Positions 1 through 11,548 of a stretch of 64,000 nucleotides of DNA are shown here, in pieces. The DNA is from Acidobacteriota bacterium (GTDB taxonomy: Bacteria > Acidobacteriota > UBA6911 > RPQK01 > JAJDTT01): NCBI GenBank assembly GCA_965218775.1, contig CBDCLS010000006.1, forward strand, positions 962,071-1,026,070, in the 5' to 3' direction. The notes beneath the pieces are model-generated. The model made no database searches, was not told the origin of the DNA, and saw only the letters and a program-made list of their open reading frames with translations. Made by a program: the position numbers and the translations under genes. Position 1 is the stretch's first letter. The number at the start of each line of letters is the position of its first letter.

Positions 1-47
1 AGGACTGATTTCCAGTACAGTTCCACTTGATACTTACCCCAAAAAAG

Positions 48-76
48 AAAGGCCGTGGAGAACTATCTCCACGGCC
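48..76 (-). terminator. Rho-independent terminator-like hairpin (stem ggccgtggaga/tctccacggcc, 4-nt loop) followed on the minus strand by a T-tract
   Basis: Perfect 11-bp GC-rich inverted repeat at 51-61/66-76. The reverse strand continues with tttcttttttgggg. It lies about 230 nt downstream of the rho stop. Confidence 0.5.
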
Positions 77-304
77 TTTCTTCGATCTCTATCTTGGCCT
101 AATGACGATTGACAGTCCTCGGATACCCTATGTTGCCAAAAGGCGCCAAGTGTGTCCAAGGAAGCTGTTATTCGTCATTCCCAATCTACCAATCCTCAGG
201 ATAAGGAAAAGCGGCTTCTCAAGTCAAGGCCTTTCTGGATTTTCAGGAGTGTTTGGTTCTCAAGGAGAGTCTAGCTGCGATTCTTATGGGGGCAGGGAAG
301 GAGA

Positions 305-1633
305 CTAGCCGCCGCCGGACATGGATTTCAGGAAGTCGGCGTTGGTCTTGGTCTTACCCAGTTTTTCGAGCAACAGCTCCATCGACTCGGTGACGGAAAG
401 GGGATTGAGCACTTTGCGTAGCACCCATACCCGGTTCAACATGTCTTTGCTCATGAGCAGCTCTTCTTTGCGGGTTCCCGAGCGATTGATATCAATCGAG
501 GGGAAAATGCGCTTGTCGACCAGTCTACGGTCGAGAATAAGCTCCATGTTGCCGGTGCCTTTGAACTCTTCGAAGATGACATCGTCCATTCTGCTGCCGG
601 TATCGATCAGCGCCGTAGCCATGATGGTCAGACTTCCGCCTTCTTCGATGTTCCGTGCTGCCCCGAAGAAACGCTTGGGCCGCTGCAGGGCATTTGAGTC
701 AACTCCACCCGAGAGTACCTTGCCGGAGGGGGGAACCACAGAGTTGTAGGCCCGTGCCAGACGAGTGATTGAATCCAGGAGAATGACAACATCCTTTCCG
801 TGTTCTACCATCCGTTTGGCTTTTTCAAGCACCATTTCGGCCACCTGTATGTGCCGGGAAGCCGGTTCATCGAAGGTAGAGCTGATCACTTCTCCACGGA
901 CCGACCGTTGCATGTCAGTGACTTCCTCGGGGCGTTCGTCGATCAACAGAACGATAAGAACGACCTCGGAGTGATTGACCGCCAGGGAATTGGCGATGCT
1001 CTGGAGAATCATTGTCTTGCCGGCTCTAGGCGGTGACACAATCAATCCTCGCTGGCCCCGTCCTAGCGGGGTCAGTAGATCCATTACCCGACCGGTGAGG
1101 TTTTCCTGCTTCGTCTCCAGTTGGGCCTGACTATCGGGATAGATGGGGGTGAGATTCTCGAAAAAGGTTCGGTCTCGAGCCACATCCGGATGTTCCAGGT
1201 TGATCGCCTCCACCTTGATCAAAGCGAAGTAGCGCTCACCTTCCTTGGGAGGGCGTACCTGCCCAGAGACGGTGTCACCAGTCCGCAGGTCAAATTTGCG
1301 GATCTGTGAAGGCGACACATAGATGTCGTCTGGACCTGGGAGATAGTTGTACTCGGGCGCCCGAAGGAACCCGAATCCATCCGGTAGAGTCTCCAGAACT
1401 CCTTCGGAGAAGATCAAGCCACTGCGTTCGGTCTGGGCCTTCAGAATTTGAAAAATCAACTCCTGTTTGCGCAGCCCTGTGGCTCCGGGAATCCCCAGTT
1501 CCTTGGCGACCCGATTCAGGGTTTGGATATTCAGATCCTTTAATTCCTGAATGTTGAGGGCCGCGCCATCCTTTTTCAGTGCGGGAGTGGTAGCTTCAGA
1601 CATTACTTCAAACCTCTCAAATTGACTTGCCAC
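305..1633 (-). CDS. rho: Transcription termination factor Rho
   Basis: 442-aa ORF with an N-terminal RNA-binding region and a Walker A motif (PPRAGKT). The RecA-like ATPase core matches Rho along its full length. Confidence 0.93.
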   Translation of the reverse strand: MASQFERFEVMSEATTPALKKDGAALNIQELKDLNIQTLNRVAKELGIPGATGLRKQELIFQILKAQTERSGLIFSEGVLETLPDGFGFLRAPEYNYLPGPDDIYVSPSQIRKFDLRTGDTVSGQVRPPKEGERYFALIKVEAINLEHPDVARDRTFFENLTPIYPDSQAQLETKQENLTGRVMDLLTPLGRGQRGLIVSPPRAGKTMILQSIANSLAVNHSEVVLIVLLIDERPEEVTDMQRSVRGEVISSTFDEPASRHIQVAEMVLEKAKRMVEHGKDVVILLDSITRLARAYNSVVPPSGKVLSGGVDSNALQRPKRFFGAARNIEEGGSLTIMATALIDTGSRMDDVIFEEFKGTGNMELILDRRLVDKRIFPSIDINRSGTRKEELLMSKDMLNRVWVLRKVLNPLSVTESMELLLEKLGKTKTNADFLKSMSGGG

Positions 1634-1982
1634 GAATTCTCTCGCTCCCTATTCCTGTGGCGATGGCATAGGGAACTGTTTTTAGACAGCTGATACGAGG
1701 GAGAGACCGCGCTCGATTAGCGAAGAGATCTCCAGCCTGTATTTTTTCTATCACAGATTTGCAACGATCGACTTGATGCCATGTCCGTCACGGCCAAGCC
1801 AGCGCGGGAACCAGCGATCTCTGTTCCGTGGTCCACGAACCTAATAGTTGGGGCTCGATCCAACATGTGTCGACAAAGAAAAACTGATGATTTTGCTAGG
1901 CCCTTATGGGGGCGCCGTTTTCTAAGCGGATGATGGTCGTGGAATATTCAACACTCGATCTCGGTGAGTGGGCGGAAGTTTC

Positions 1983-4436
1983 TCAGTGAACTTCGGGGCG
2001 TTCGCCTCCTTCAATCGGGGGAGGCTGCTGTTTCTCGACAAACTTCTTCTGCTGTTTCCGACCCTTTCTGTTGATGGGCTGTTCCAGGGCGATGTCGAGA
2101 ACCTCGTCCATGGTATCAACCAGGACGATCTTGATTTCCTCCAGGACTGAATCAGGGATCTCTTTTAGGTCCTTTTCATTCTCTTTGGAGAGAACGACGG
2201 TCTTGATGCGGGCCCGGTGTGCGGCAAGAATCTTTTCCTTGACGCCACCGATGGGAAGGACCTTTCCGCGCAAGGTGATCTCACCGGTCATGGCCACGTC
2301 ACGACGCACCGGGATGCCGGTGAGAGTCGAGACAATAGTTGTGGCCATCGTGATTCCGGCCGAAGGGCCATCTTTGGGTATGGCGCCTTCGGGGACATGT
2401 AAATGCATGTCCAGGAACTTGTGAAAATCCTTGGCCAGACTGTATTCGTTACTACGGGATCGTACGAAGGAAAGAGCCGCCTTTGCGGACTCTTGCATTA
2501 CCTCACCCAACTTCCCAGTCAGCAGGAGGTCGCCCTTTCCCTGCATAGTCGTGGCTTCGGTGAGCAAGACCTCGCCCCCGACTTCGGTCCAGGCCAGGCC
2601 AGTGGCCAAGCCGATCTCGTTGGCCTCGGTCGCCATCTGGGTTCGGTATTTGGGAACGCCGAGAAATTCTCGGATAGTCTTGTCCTCGATCTTGTATTCC
2701 TTGGTTTCGCTTTTTTTGGGCTTCCTGCCAACGACGATCTTGCGCGCCACCTTTCGACAGACGCTTCCGATCTCACGCTCCAGGTTTCGAACGCCGGACT
2801 CTCGCGTGTAGTGACGGATGATTTCCTGGATGGCCTCTTCCTTGAAGTCAAGTTGAGCAGGTTTCAGGCCGTTGGCCTTCTTTTGTTTGGAAACCAGAAA
2901 CTGAATGGCGATGTTGAGCTTTTCGAGTTCCGTATAGCCTGAGATCTCAATGACCTCCATCCGGTCCTGCAGTGGGCGAGGAATGCTGTGAAGGACGTTC
3001 CCGGTGCAAATGAAGAGCACTTCCGAGAGGTCCAACTCAGTGTCGAGATAGTGGTCGACGAAGGTAGCGTTGTGTTCCGGGTCCAAGACCTCCATCAAGG
3101 CAGCCGAGGGATCGCCCCGAAAATCCATGCTCATCTTGTCTACTTCATCTAGGAGAAAGACCGGATTCTTGGTACCGGCCTTCTTCATCATCTGGACGAT
3201 TTGGCCCGGCAGGGCACCGATATAGGTGCGCCGGTGTCCCCGGATCTCGGCTTCGTCCCGGACTCCACCCAGCGAGAGGCGAACAAACTTGCGACCGGTG
3301 GCACGCGCAATGGATCGTCCCAGCGAGGTCTTGCCTACTCCGGGAGGGCCGACGAAACATAGGATGGAACCCTGACTCCGCTTGCGTACCAGCTGTCGGA
3401 CCGCCAGGAATTCCAGGACCCGCTCCTTGACTTTCTCAAGGCCGTAATGGTCTTCGTTCAGAACTTTTTCGGCACGGTTGATGTCCCGGATCTCGCGGCT
3501 TCGTTTGGTCCAGGGCATGGAAACGAGCCATTCCAGATAGGTCCTGCTCACAGTCGTCTCCGCGCTCATGGGAGGCATTTGTTCCAGGCGTCGAATTTCG
3601 TTGAGCGCCTTGTCCTGGGCATCCTCCAGCATCCCGGCTTCGTCGACTTTTTTCTTTAGCTCCTCAATCTCGTCCTTTTCGCCTCGTCCCAGCTCTTTCT
3701 GAATCGCCTTGACCTTTTCATTCAGGTAATACTCGCGCTGGGCCTTTTCCATCTGCCGCCGGACTCGCCCCTGGACTGACTTGTCCATCTTGATCTTCTC
3801 GATCTCGACCTCGATGAACTCACAGATCTTTTCCATCCGTTCGGCCGGGTTGACGACTTCCAGCAGGGCCTGCTTGTCTTCGACCGCAATCGGGAGGTTG
3901 GCGGCAATGGTGTCCGACAGCCGTTCTGTCTCGGTACTGCGAGCCGCCTGCGCGATGGTCTCGTAATTGATATTCGGGTTCAACTTGGCGAATTCTTCGA
4001 ACAGGAGGTTGAGGCGCTTGGTCAGGAGCGCGATTTTGGCGTGGGACGCTTTCGGGACCGCCTCGAAACGCACCTGGGCCTGAAAGTATTCCTCCATCTC
4101 GTGCACTTCGACAGTGCGCGCCCGGCGAAAGCCCTCGACCAGGACCTTGATATTCCCATCAGGGAGTTTGAGGCTCTGGACGATGTTGGCAACCGTTCCC
4201 ACACTGTAGATATCCTTGGGAGAAGGGTTGTCCTGGGAGGCGTCCTTTTGAGTCGCCAGATAGATCTTCTTGTCCCGACGCAGAGCCACTTCGAGTGCTA
4301 CCACAGAGGAAGCTCGGCCAATCACGAAGGGAACCATCATGGAGGGAAATACAACGACGTCCCGAATCGGCACCATCGGATAGGTGGCGGGGGTGTCGTC
4401 ATCCAAAAGTTTGATTTCGGGCTCGGTGTCAGTCAT
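1983..4436 (-). CDS. lon: ATP-dependent protease Lon (La)
   Basis: 817-aa ORF with a Lon N-terminal domain, an AAA+ module (GPPGVGKTS) and a C-terminal serine protease domain (PKDGPSAG). Confidence 0.93.
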   Translation of the reverse strand: MTDTEPEIKLLDDDTPATYPMVPIRDVVVFPSMMVPFVIGRASSVVALEVALRRDKKIYLATQKDASQDNPSPKDIYSVGTVANIVQSLKLPDGNIKVLVEGFRRARTVEVHEMEEYFQAQVRFEAVPKASHAKIALLTKRLNLLFEEFAKLNPNINYETIAQAARSTETERLSDTIAANLPIAVEDKQALLEVVNPAERMEKICEFIEVEIEKIKMDKSVQGRVRRQMEKAQREYYLNEKVKAIQKELGRGEKDEIEELKKKVDEAGMLEDAQDKALNEIRRLEQMPPMSAETTVSRTYLEWLVSMPWTKRSREIRDINRAEKVLNEDHYGLEKVKERVLEFLAVRQLVRKRSQGSILCFVGPPGVGKTSLGRSIARATGRKFVRLSLGGVRDEAEIRGHRRTYIGALPGQIVQMMKKAGTKNPVFLLDEVDKMSMDFRGDPSAALMEVLDPEHNATFVDHYLDTELDLSEVLFICTGNVLHSIPRPLQDRMEVIEISGYTELEKLNIAIQFLVSKQKKANGLKPAQLDFKEEAIQEIIRHYTRESGVRNLEREIGSVCRKVARKIVVGRKPKKSETKEYKIEDKTIREFLGVPKYRTQMATEANEIGLATGLAWTEVGGEVLLTEATTMQGKGDLLLTGKLGEVMQESAKAALSFVRSRSNEYSLAKDFHKFLDMHLHVPEGAIPKDGPSAGITMATTIVSTLTGIPVRRDVAMTGEITLRGKVLPIGGVKEKILAAHRARIKTVVLSKENEKDLKEIPDSVLEEIKIVLVDTMDEVLDIALEQPINRKGRKQQKKFVEKQQPPPIEGGERPEVH

Positions 4437-4601
4437 TTGTCAAAGGTAGAAAGTCGGGTTCTCGTCTTCTCATGTAAAGATGCAACCAAGCAGTGATCGT
4501 TTCAATCAACAGACCTTTTGAGGAGATCTCCTTCTTGAAGCGGAAAGCCGATGAAGCGGGAAAGGATCTGAAGGGAGAGGTTGGGTTCTGCCCTCACTCC
4601 T

Positions 4602-5846
4602 TCACCCTGCTTTTTCAAGAAGCTTGAAAACCACTTCTCGGTTTTCCACTAGTTCGCGCGTTACCACTAGCTCCTTGACCTTCTTGCTAGAGGGTAGTTC
4701 GTACATTAAGTCGAGCATTAGATCCTCTAGGATCAGGCGCAAGCCGCGGGCTCCAATCTTTCGTTTCAGAGCCAGTTCGGCAGTGGCGCTGAGCGCGTCG
4801 TCCGTAAATCGGAGCCCTACGTTCTCAAACTCGAACATCTTCTGATACTGACGAATGAGCGAGTTGTTCGGCTCAGTCAGGATCTGGACCAGCGCGTCTC
4901 GTCCAAGGTCATGGAGAGTGCAAACGATCGGAAGCCTTCCCACGAACTCGGGAATCAGGCCATACTTGATCAGATCCTCGGGAAGCACGTGAGCCAGGAT
5001 GTCGGACTCACTCTCCTTCTTCCAGCGGCTTTCACTCAACGGGGATCGGAATCCAAGACCGCTGCGTCCCAGTCGTCTCCGGATGACCTTGTCCAGGCCC
5101 ACGAAGGCCCCACCAGAGATGAAGAGGATATTGGTCGTGTCGACTTGGACGAATTCCTGGTGGGGATGCTTCCGTCCGCCCTGAGGGGGAACATTGGCAA
5201 TGGTCCCTTCGAGGATCTTCAGAAGTGCCTGCTGCACTCCCTCGCCAGAGACATCTCGAGTAATCGAGGGATTCTCATCCTTACGCGAAATCTTGTCGAT
5301 CTCATCGATGTAGATGATCCCCTGCATGCAGCGTTCACGGTCACCGCCTGCAGCTTGTAGCAGCCTCAGGATGATGTTCTCAACGTCCTCTCCAACATAG
5401 CCGGCTTCGGTTAGAGTCGTCGCATCAACGATGGCGAAGGGTACAGACAGCATGCGTGCCAGAGTCTGGGCCAATAGAGTCTTGCCGGTTCCGGTAGGCC
5501 CGATCAAGAGCACGTTGCTCTTTGACAGTTCGACGTCCTGCTGTCGACGACGCCCAAGCTTGATGCGCTTGTAGTGATTGTAGACGGCTACGGCGAGCTT
5601 CTTTTTCGAGAGCTCCTGGCCGATTACGTACTGATCCAGGAAGTCTTTGATTTCGACAGGCTTGGGAAGTGTTTCCTTGATCGAAGCGGCCTCGGCCGTC
5701 AGATCATCGGAAATGATCTCATTACAGACGTCCACACACTCGTCGCAGATGAAGACAGTGGGGCCTGCGATCAGCTTCTTTACGTCATTCTGACTCTTGT
5801 TGCAGAATGAACACCGAAGAACGTCTTCCCCGCCTTTTTTCACCAA
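4602..5846 (-). CDS. clpX: ATP-dependent Clp protease ATP-binding subunit ClpX
   Basis: 414-aa ORF. N-terminal C4 zinc finger (CSFCNK...CDEC) and AAA+ Walker A (GPTGTGKT). Immediately downstream of clpP on the same strand. Confidence 0.93.
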   Translation of the reverse strand: MVKKGGEDVLRCSFCNKSQNDVKKLIAGPTVFICDECVDVCNEIISDDLTAEAASIKETLPKPVEIKDFLDQYVIGQELSKKKLAVAVYNHYKRIKLGRRRQQDVELSKSNVLLIGPTGTGKTLLAQTLARMLSVPFAIVDATTLTEAGYVGEDVENIILRLLQAAGGDRERCMQGIIYIDEIDKISRKDENPSITRDVSGEGVQQALLKILEGTIANVPPQGGRKHPHQEFVQVDTTNILFISGGAFVGLDKVIRRRLGRSGLGFRSPLSESRWKKESESDILAHVLPEDLIKYGLIPEFVGRLPIVCTLHDLGRDALVQILTEPNNSLIRQYQKMFEFENVGLRFTDDALSATAELALKRKIGARGLRLILEDLMLDLMYELPSSKKVKELVVTRELVENREVVFKLLEKAG

Positions 5847-5936
5847 TTTCCCTTGCTCCCTAGAAGTAGCACGAAGCCCTGACTACAGCCGCTGTTTCAA
5901 GAATTGAACCCTGAAATGGAAAGGACAGACGATTGG

Positions 5937-6524
5937 CTACGTATGTTTCTCAATAATCATGTCGATTATACCATACTCCTTGGCCTGCTCAGCGTTCATA
6001 ATGAAGTCCCGCTCCACGTCTTCCTCGATCTTCTCCAGATCCTGCCCCGAATGCTTGCTCAGGATCTGGTTGGTGGTCTCTCGCATCCGGAGGATTTCCC
6101 TGGCGTGGATGTCGATGTCGGTTGCCTGTCCAGACAGACCGGACATGGTCGGCTGGTGGATCAAGATTCTGCTATGGGGCAGAGCAAAGCGCTTGCTTTT
6201 GGTTCCGGCACCCAACAAAAGGGCTCCCATGGAAGCGGCCTGGCCGATACAGATGGTCGTGATGTCGTTCTTGACAAACTGAAGGGTGTCGTAGATTGCC
6301 AATCCAGCAGTGATGGATCCTCCCGGAGAGTTGATGTATAGCGAAATGTCCTTGTCCGGGTCCTCAGCTTCCAGAAAAAGCAGCTGCGCGGTCACCAGGT
6401 TGGACACGTTGTCGTCGATTGGAGTGCCTACGAAGATGATGTTGTCTTTGAGGAGGCGCGAGTAGATGTCGTAGGCCCGCTCTCCGCGATTTGTCTGCTC
6501 CACAACCATTGGAATCAGAGACAT
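5937..6524 (-). CDS. clpP: ATP-dependent Clp protease proteolytic subunit ClpP
   Basis: 195-aa ORF, serine protease ClpP family ([11 protein letters not shown] active-site region). Sits between tig and clpX. Confidence 0.93.
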   Translation of the reverse strand: MSLIPMVVEQTNRGERAYDIYSRLLKDNIIFVGTPIDDNVSNLVTAQLLFLEAEDPDKDISLYINSPGGSITAGLAIYDTLQFVKNDITTICIGQAASMGALLLGAGTKSKRFALPHSRILIHQPTMSGLSGQATDIDIHAREILRMRETTNQILSKHSGQDLEKIEEDVERDFIMNAEQAKEYGIIDMIIEKHT

Positions 6525-6633
6525 AAACTATGATCCTCGGCTAAGTAAGCCGGCCGTCGGGGCCGGCGCTTTCGTTGGCTTTCCTCAGGACGGGTCAGGA
6601 GGTCCTGCCTCGAGGCAGGTCCACGAGACCCGT

Positions 6634-7938
6634 TCATTTTTCCAGAACCTTCGCACCATCGAGGATGACGTCGAGGGCTTTGCGCCTTCGGATCTGATCC
6701 ATCAGGCCTTCCCTGCGACTGTCCTCCTGGAAGTGCTGTCTCACCTTATCTATCGGCTGATTCGTCGATTCGGCCAGACCTTCCAGCTCTTCGCCGATTT
6801 CCTGGGAGGAAACCTCGAATCCCTCCTGGTCCGCAATCTTCCCCAATATCAGCCCTGCTCTCGTCTCTTTTTCGGCAGCTGCTCGGAGATCCGATCTCAT
6901 GCTGGCCCAGTCCAGGTTTGCCTTGGTGGGGTTGAGCCCTTGTCTCGCCATGTCGTAGGCCAGGTCTCTCACCTTATCGTCAATGCGGCGTTCAACCAGA
7001 AGCTCCGGTACTTCAAAATCGGTCGCCTCAATCAGCTTTTGCACCAACTGTTGTCTCAAATTGCTGGTTCGGTTGTGCTCCAGCTGGTGGCTGAGCTCCT
7101 CTCGAATCTTATCTTTCAGCTTATCAAGGTTCTCGAAATCACCGAGCCCACGAGCAAATTCATCGTCAAGATCGGGAAGGTCCAGTCGCTTGATGTCGTT
7201 CAGACGGACGCTGAATTGGAGGCGGTGGCCGGCCAGCTTCTCTTCTGGGTAGTCGGCGTCGTAAGTTGCCTCGAAGGTCTTGTCCTGTCCCACGTCCATT
7301 CCCTTAAGGGCTTGGTCAAAGGATTTATGGGTGTGCTCGCCGCCCAGTTGGAGTGTTGCGCCTTCTTCTTCGATCGGTTCGACGGTCTTCCCGTCTGGAT
7401 CCTGGTCCAGGTACTCCCCCTTCAGGTCCACTGTGACGTAGTCCCCATCAGCCGCAGTTGTTCGACCACTCACTGCCACCAGGGGGGCTTGACGTTGCCT
7501 CATTTTCTCGAGCTGCTCCTCCACCATTCCTTCCGTCAACGCCTCGGTGGGAACGCGCACCTCCAGGCCACTGTACTCCGGAAGTGCGATCTCGGGCAGA
7601 ATCTCGACCTGAGCTTCGTATTGCAGGGACGCGCCTTCTTTGAAAGAGAGCTGCTCAATCCTCAGGTCCCCCAGCGGTTTGACCTCCCGTTCACGGAGCG
7701 CCTGGTCATAGGACTCGGGAATCAGGCGTTGCAAGACATCCTGGCGGATATCCTTTTGAAATCGACGCTTTACCAGCTGCAGAGGAGCTTTGCCGGGACG
7801 AAACCCAGGGAGACGAGCATGTTTCCTGTAATCGTTAGCGATCTGGTTGAACTCTTTCCCTGCAACCTCGGCTGACACTTCTACCTTCAGCTTCTTCTTG
7901 ACCGGGCTGATGTCTTCCACTTCGAGACGAATATCCAT
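6634..7938 (-). CDS. tig: Trigger factor (ribosome-associated chaperone/PPIase)
   Basis: 434-aa ORF with an N-terminal ribosome-binding region (GFRPGKAP motif) and an FKBP-type domain. Canonical tig-clpP-clpX-lon order. Confidence 0.9.
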   Translation of the reverse strand: MDIRLEVEDISPVKKKLKVEVSAEVAGKEFNQIANDYRKHARLPGFRPGKAPLQLVKRRFQKDIRQDVLQRLIPESYDQALREREVKPLGDLRIEQLSFKEGASLQYEAQVEILPEIALPEYSGLEVRVPTEALTEGMVEEQLEKMRQRQAPLVAVSGRTTAADGDYVTVDLKGEYLDQDPDGKTVEPIEEEGATLQLGGEHTHKSFDQALKGMDVGQDKTFEATYDADYPEEKLAGHRLQFSVRLNDIKRLDLPDLDDEFARGLGDFENLDKLKDKIREELSHQLEHNRTSNLRQQLVQKLIEATDFEVPELLVERRIDDKVRDLAYDMARQGLNPTKANLDWASMRSDLRAAAEKETRAGLILGKIADQEGFEVSSQEIGEELEGLAESTNQPIDKVRQHFQEDSRREGLMDQIRRRKALDVILDGAKVLEK

Positions 7939-8134
7939 CGGGTACTTCTCTGCGTTCCACTCTCGGAAGGGCTCACCGAGCCAAGATCTTTACCTTGGGC
8001 GAGACAACCATTCCACGACACCCCACGACTTCCAGGCAACCGAGGCCCGGAAGTCGAATTCGATTTTCCAGCGGCTCATTCTATCCTATCGAGCGAAGGG
8101 GCCCTTTGTCATGCCGAATTTTCCAACGATCCGG

Positions 8135-9520
8135 CTAGCCCGCGATCTGGGTAGCCACCGTCTCGGCCGCCGACAGGAAAGCGTCCACCTCCTCTTCCGT
8201 GTGCCGGGTCGAAACGGAGCCGAAGCCATGGACCACGTGAAAGCCCTCATTGGCCAGTGCCAGCCGAAGGATCTTCTCTCGCAGTTGCACGTCAGAGGTT
8301 TCCGGGTTCCAGACGACCTCCGGTGATGAGATAGGCGTGTCTTCCTGAATAGGGAAATGGATCACAGCCATTGAGCTCTGGGAGACCGGGCCACTCGGAC
8401 CTCCCGTGACCACCGATCGAATTCCCGCTCGTTCGAAGATCCCAGGAATCTGGCTCCGCGCCCTTTCCGCCAACCGATGAATCCTCGGATAGATCTCGTC
8501 TGAGTGTTCCGAGAGATAGTCGAGCAGGGCGATAGCTGCCAGTACCGATGCCGGATGCCCCGAATAGGTGCCCCCTTCGAATTTAACCTGCTTGGGATGA
8601 CCCTGATTGGTATTGGCCAACTCCAGAACATCCGCCCTTCCTGCCACGGCGGTCAATGGCATGCCTCCTCCCAGGACTTTTCCGAAGGTCGAGAGATCCG
8701 GTTGGATCCCATAGAGGCTGGCCAGGGAGCTGGGACAGAATCGAAATCCAGCGATAATCTCGTCCAGGATCAGAAGCGCCCCCCACTCGCTGGTAAGCTC
8801 CCGGGCCCTCTCCAGGTAGTCCTCGTCCGCGAACAGAAAACCTCCTTCGCCCATGAACGGTTCCAGAATGAAGCACGCAATCTGTTCTCCGAATTCCTGG
8901 AAAACCTGCTCGAGCTGGGCAGTGTCGTTGAATTTCGTGGTTAAGGTCTCTTCCGAGATGGAAGGGTGCAATCCCGAAGATTCCACCTGTCCCAAGCCAT
9001 CCGTATAGGCCGTGACGCCCTTCAGAAGGTAGGGTTGGGCACCGTGCCAACCGCCGCCGATTTTGAGGACTAGACTGCGCTTCGTGAAAGCTCGGCTCAA
9101 CATAACCGAATAGAGGGTTGCCAACGATCCACTGGTTGTGAAACGAACCCTTTCCGCGCCGGTGCGAAGCGAGAGCTTCTTCGCCAGTTCCAGTTGCAGC
9201 GATCCGGGAAAGCCGGTCTGTAAGCCACGGCCCCCTCGCAGCTCGCGGATGAGTGGCTCAATCACTTCGGGGGGGTTGTGTCCCAGTATGTTGGCGTAGT
9301 GACCCTGCCAGAAGTCCACATAGACATTTCCGTCCAGGTCCACAACTTTCGAACCGGAACACTGTTCGTCGAAAAAGGGAAAGGGCTCGAACAGTCTCAG
9401 ATTGTGGCTGCCTCCGCGAACCTGGAACCGGGAGGCTTCCTGGGAGTGAGTCCGGGACTTGGGAGCGCGGCTTTCGTATTTCTCTACCAGACGGGTCCAA
9501 AGGGCTTGCCTGTCCATCAT
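8135..9520 (-). CDS. Class III (omega) aminotransferase, glutamate-1-semialdehyde aminomutase-like
   Basis: Long PLP-dependent aminotransferase class III fold (FILEPFMGEGG; LILDEIIAGFR; STFGKVLGGGMP lysine region). The ORF track starts at 9610, but the likely start is the MMDRQ methionine at 9520. Confidence 0.78.
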   Translation of the reverse strand: MMDRQALWTRLVEKYESRAPKSRTHSQEASRFQVRGGSHNLRLFEPFPFFDEQCSGSKVVDLDGNVYVDFWQGHYANILGHNPPEVIEPLIRELRGGRGLQTGFPGSLQLELAKKLSLRTGAERVRFTTSGSLATLYSVMLSRAFTKRSLVLKIGGGWHGAQPYLLKGVTAYTDGLGQVESSGLHPSISEETLTTKFNDTAQLEQVFQEFGEQIACFILEPFMGEGGFLFADEDYLERARELTSEWGALLILDEIIAGFRFCPSSLASLYGIQPDLSTFGKVLGGGMPLTAVAGRADVLELANTNQGHPKQVKFEGGTYSGHPASVLAAIALLDYLSEHSDEIYPRIHRLAERARSQIPGIFERAGIRSVVTGGPSGPVSQSSMAVIHFPIQEDTPISSPEVVWNPETSDVQLREKILRLALANEGFHVVHGFGSVSTRHTEEEVDAFLSAAETVATQIAG

Positions 9521-9742
9521 GGCCCGAATTATATTCGCAGTCGAAATGGACGAACAACAATTGATGTTAGTGACACTGAAGGCCGAAGCCTTCGACCGCA
9601 TAGTTGGCAAGTACCGAGAACTTCAACAGTCGGGCTTCTACAGCCGAAACTGGGTAGAGCTCGCCGAAGTAATAGACGCTGAGCTGAAGGAAATTTCAGA
9701 TACCGAGAGCGATTGAGCCAAGGGTTAGAGGAGGAGAGAATC

Positions 9743-11362
9743 GTGATCAAGCTGTGGGCTTTGTCCATGCTGCTGGTGGTGGGAATGGTAGCCTGCGGAG
9801 ATTCCCGCCAACCCTGGCTGCTGAAATCGGGAGCCGACTGGAGCGACGCCAGCGACTCTGCCCAGGGCGTCGCGGCGGGCGAAGGTGGATTGGTGCTGGA
9901 GGGTTCCTCCGAGGGTATATGGACGAGCGGATGGCACGACTGGTCGCATCCCATCGAGTCGGCTCGTGTGACGACGACCGCCCGATTGGATCTGTTCGGA
10001 GCCAAGACCATCGAGGTGCTGGTCGATGGCTCGGAGAAGCCTTTCACGGACAAAAAAGGCATCCCTCACGACTGGTATGGACGATGCATGATCGCCATCC
10101 TCGACGAGAATCGCTGGATCATGGCCGTCCGCTCTGGCGTCGACCACATCTCCTGGGATGACTGGGATGCCATTCACATCCTCACCTCCTCCGACGAGGG
10201 GAGGACCTGGGGAGGACTGAATCGTTGGTTCGATGGCACGCCTATCGAGGGCATGCCCTATGACGACGGCTACACCCACAGTGAGCCAGGCCTTTTCCGG
10301 ATGCCCAACGGAGACCTGATCCTCCAGTTTTGGCGCACCGCCTACAGTACCGGCACCAAGCAGCTGCGCTCTCAGGATCGGGGAAAGACCTGGGAGCCGG
10401 ATATCGACCGGATCAGCGTGGCAGGCGTGGTGGGCGCTGATGACGACCTGGCGATTGGGACCGAGGACTACTTCGTCGATCCGGAGAACACCAGTCACGT
10501 CTACATGGCATTCCAGTACTTTCATTATGAATCCAAGGCGGGCACCTTGCTGGCGCGCTCCACTGATGATGGAAGGTCCTATTCCTTCCTCAGCTGGATT
10601 GGGCCCTTGTCGGACGAGAAAAAGCCTGAGGGCGGAGCCACCTTCGAGCCCGCCATCGAGTACGTGGGCAATCGGACCATCGTGGCGATCCTTCGGGATG
10701 CGGCCGGCAATCGCCATACCTGGCAAACCATCAGCACCGACATGGGAGCCTCCTTCGCACCCCTGGAAGAGATTACGGAGAAGATCAACGGCGGTGTTCC
10801 CAACGGTCGCTGGCAAAGAGCTCGGATCTACAAGGAAAGCAATCCCTATTTTCAGCACAACAGTTCGTTGGACTACAGCAAAGGGGAGGGACGGCTCTGG
10901 GGCTTCGGCATTCACAGCATGGGAGGAGGCTATACCCGCAAGCCCGTCGTTTATTGGTCGGACGACGACGGCAGCTCCTGGCAGGGTCCGGAACTCCTGC
11001 ATGGCCCCATGCATCCCGGAACAGACACCGGATACGGCGATCTGAAGCGGCGCGTCGACAACACCTTCGTGGCAGCCACCTACTATGCCGACAGGAAATC
11101 AGATGTAGCTGATCTGGAGCAGTACACCTTTGGCGGTGCCAGGGCAAGGCTGCTGCTGGAAGCTGACACCGACGGCGACGGAAACCCGGAGTCCAACTCG
11201 GGCTGGCACGAACTTCGTGATGGTGAGACCGTCTTGTCGGGTTCCTCGCTGCCCGGCAGCCGCTGGAGGGTGACTTTTCAATTGAGCGGCAGCAACACAA
11301 ACGAAGAAACCAGGGTCAGCCGTATCGAAATCGCTCCAGACGCGGTTGGAAACACCGAGTAG
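9743..11362 (+). CDS. BNR/Asp-box repeat glycoside hydrolase-like lipoprotein (exo-alpha-sialidase family-like)
   Basis: At least 4 Asp-box motifs S-x-D-x-G-x-T-W (SSDEGRTWGG, SQDRGKTWEP, TDDGRSYSF, SDDDGSSWQG). N-terminal signal with a Cys (LLVVGMVAC). Probable GTG start at 9743 after a GAGGAGGAG RBS; the ORF track begins at a TTG at 9713. Confidence 0.7.
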   Translation: MIKLWALSMLLVVGMVACGDSRQPWLLKSGADWSDASDSAQGVAAGEGGLVLEGSSEGIWTSGWHDWSHPIESARVTTTARLDLFGAKTIEVLVDGSEKPFTDKKGIPHDWYGRCMIAILDENRWIMAVRSGVDHISWDDWDAIHILTSSDEGRTWGGLNRWFDGTPIEGMPYDDGYTHSEPGLFRMPNGDLILQFWRTAYSTGTKQLRSQDRGKTWEPDIDRISVAGVVGADDDLAIGTEDYFVDPENTSHVYMAFQYFHYESKAGTLLARSTDDGRSYSFLSWIGPLSDEKKPEGGATFEPAIEYVGNRTIVAILRDAAGNRHTWQTISTDMGASFAPLEEITEKINGGVPNGRWQRARIYKESNPYFQHNSSLDYSKGEGRLWGFGIHSMGGGYTRKPVVYWSDDDGSSWQGPELLHGPMHPGTDTGYGDLKRRVDNTFVAATYYADRKSDVADLEQYTFGGARARLLLEADTDGDGNPESNSGWHELRDGETVLSGSSLPGSRWRVTFQLSGSNTNEETRVSRIEIAPDAVGNTE

Positions 11363-11405
11363 GATCGACTTGGGCCCATGCTCGATGAAGTTTCGGGTCA
11401 GCCCC

Positions 11406-11548
11406 GTCTCCGGCTGCGCCGGATCCTACCTGAAAGAAACTTCAGGTCCGACGTAGCGGTGGTCTCCAGGCCGCCGTCCCGAGCCAAAGGCTCGAAAGAA
11501 ACAGACTTCGGCCTGGAGGCCAAAGCTACGTTCGCCAATGAAGGTTCA
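11406..11548 (+). repeat. Copy 1 of a roughly 150-nt structured dispersed repeat (family C), in the convergent intergenic region
   Basis: Near-identical to the reverse complement of 52462-52620 (e.g. ggtggyctccaggccgccgtcc...gacttcggcctggaggccaaagctac). Contains internal inverted repeats. Confidence 0.7.

Noticed and set aside
27-308. 93-aa plus-strand ORF upstream of rho.
   Set aside because: It overlaps the minus-strand terminator hairpin and the rho 3' flank. It has no RBS and a low-complexity translation.
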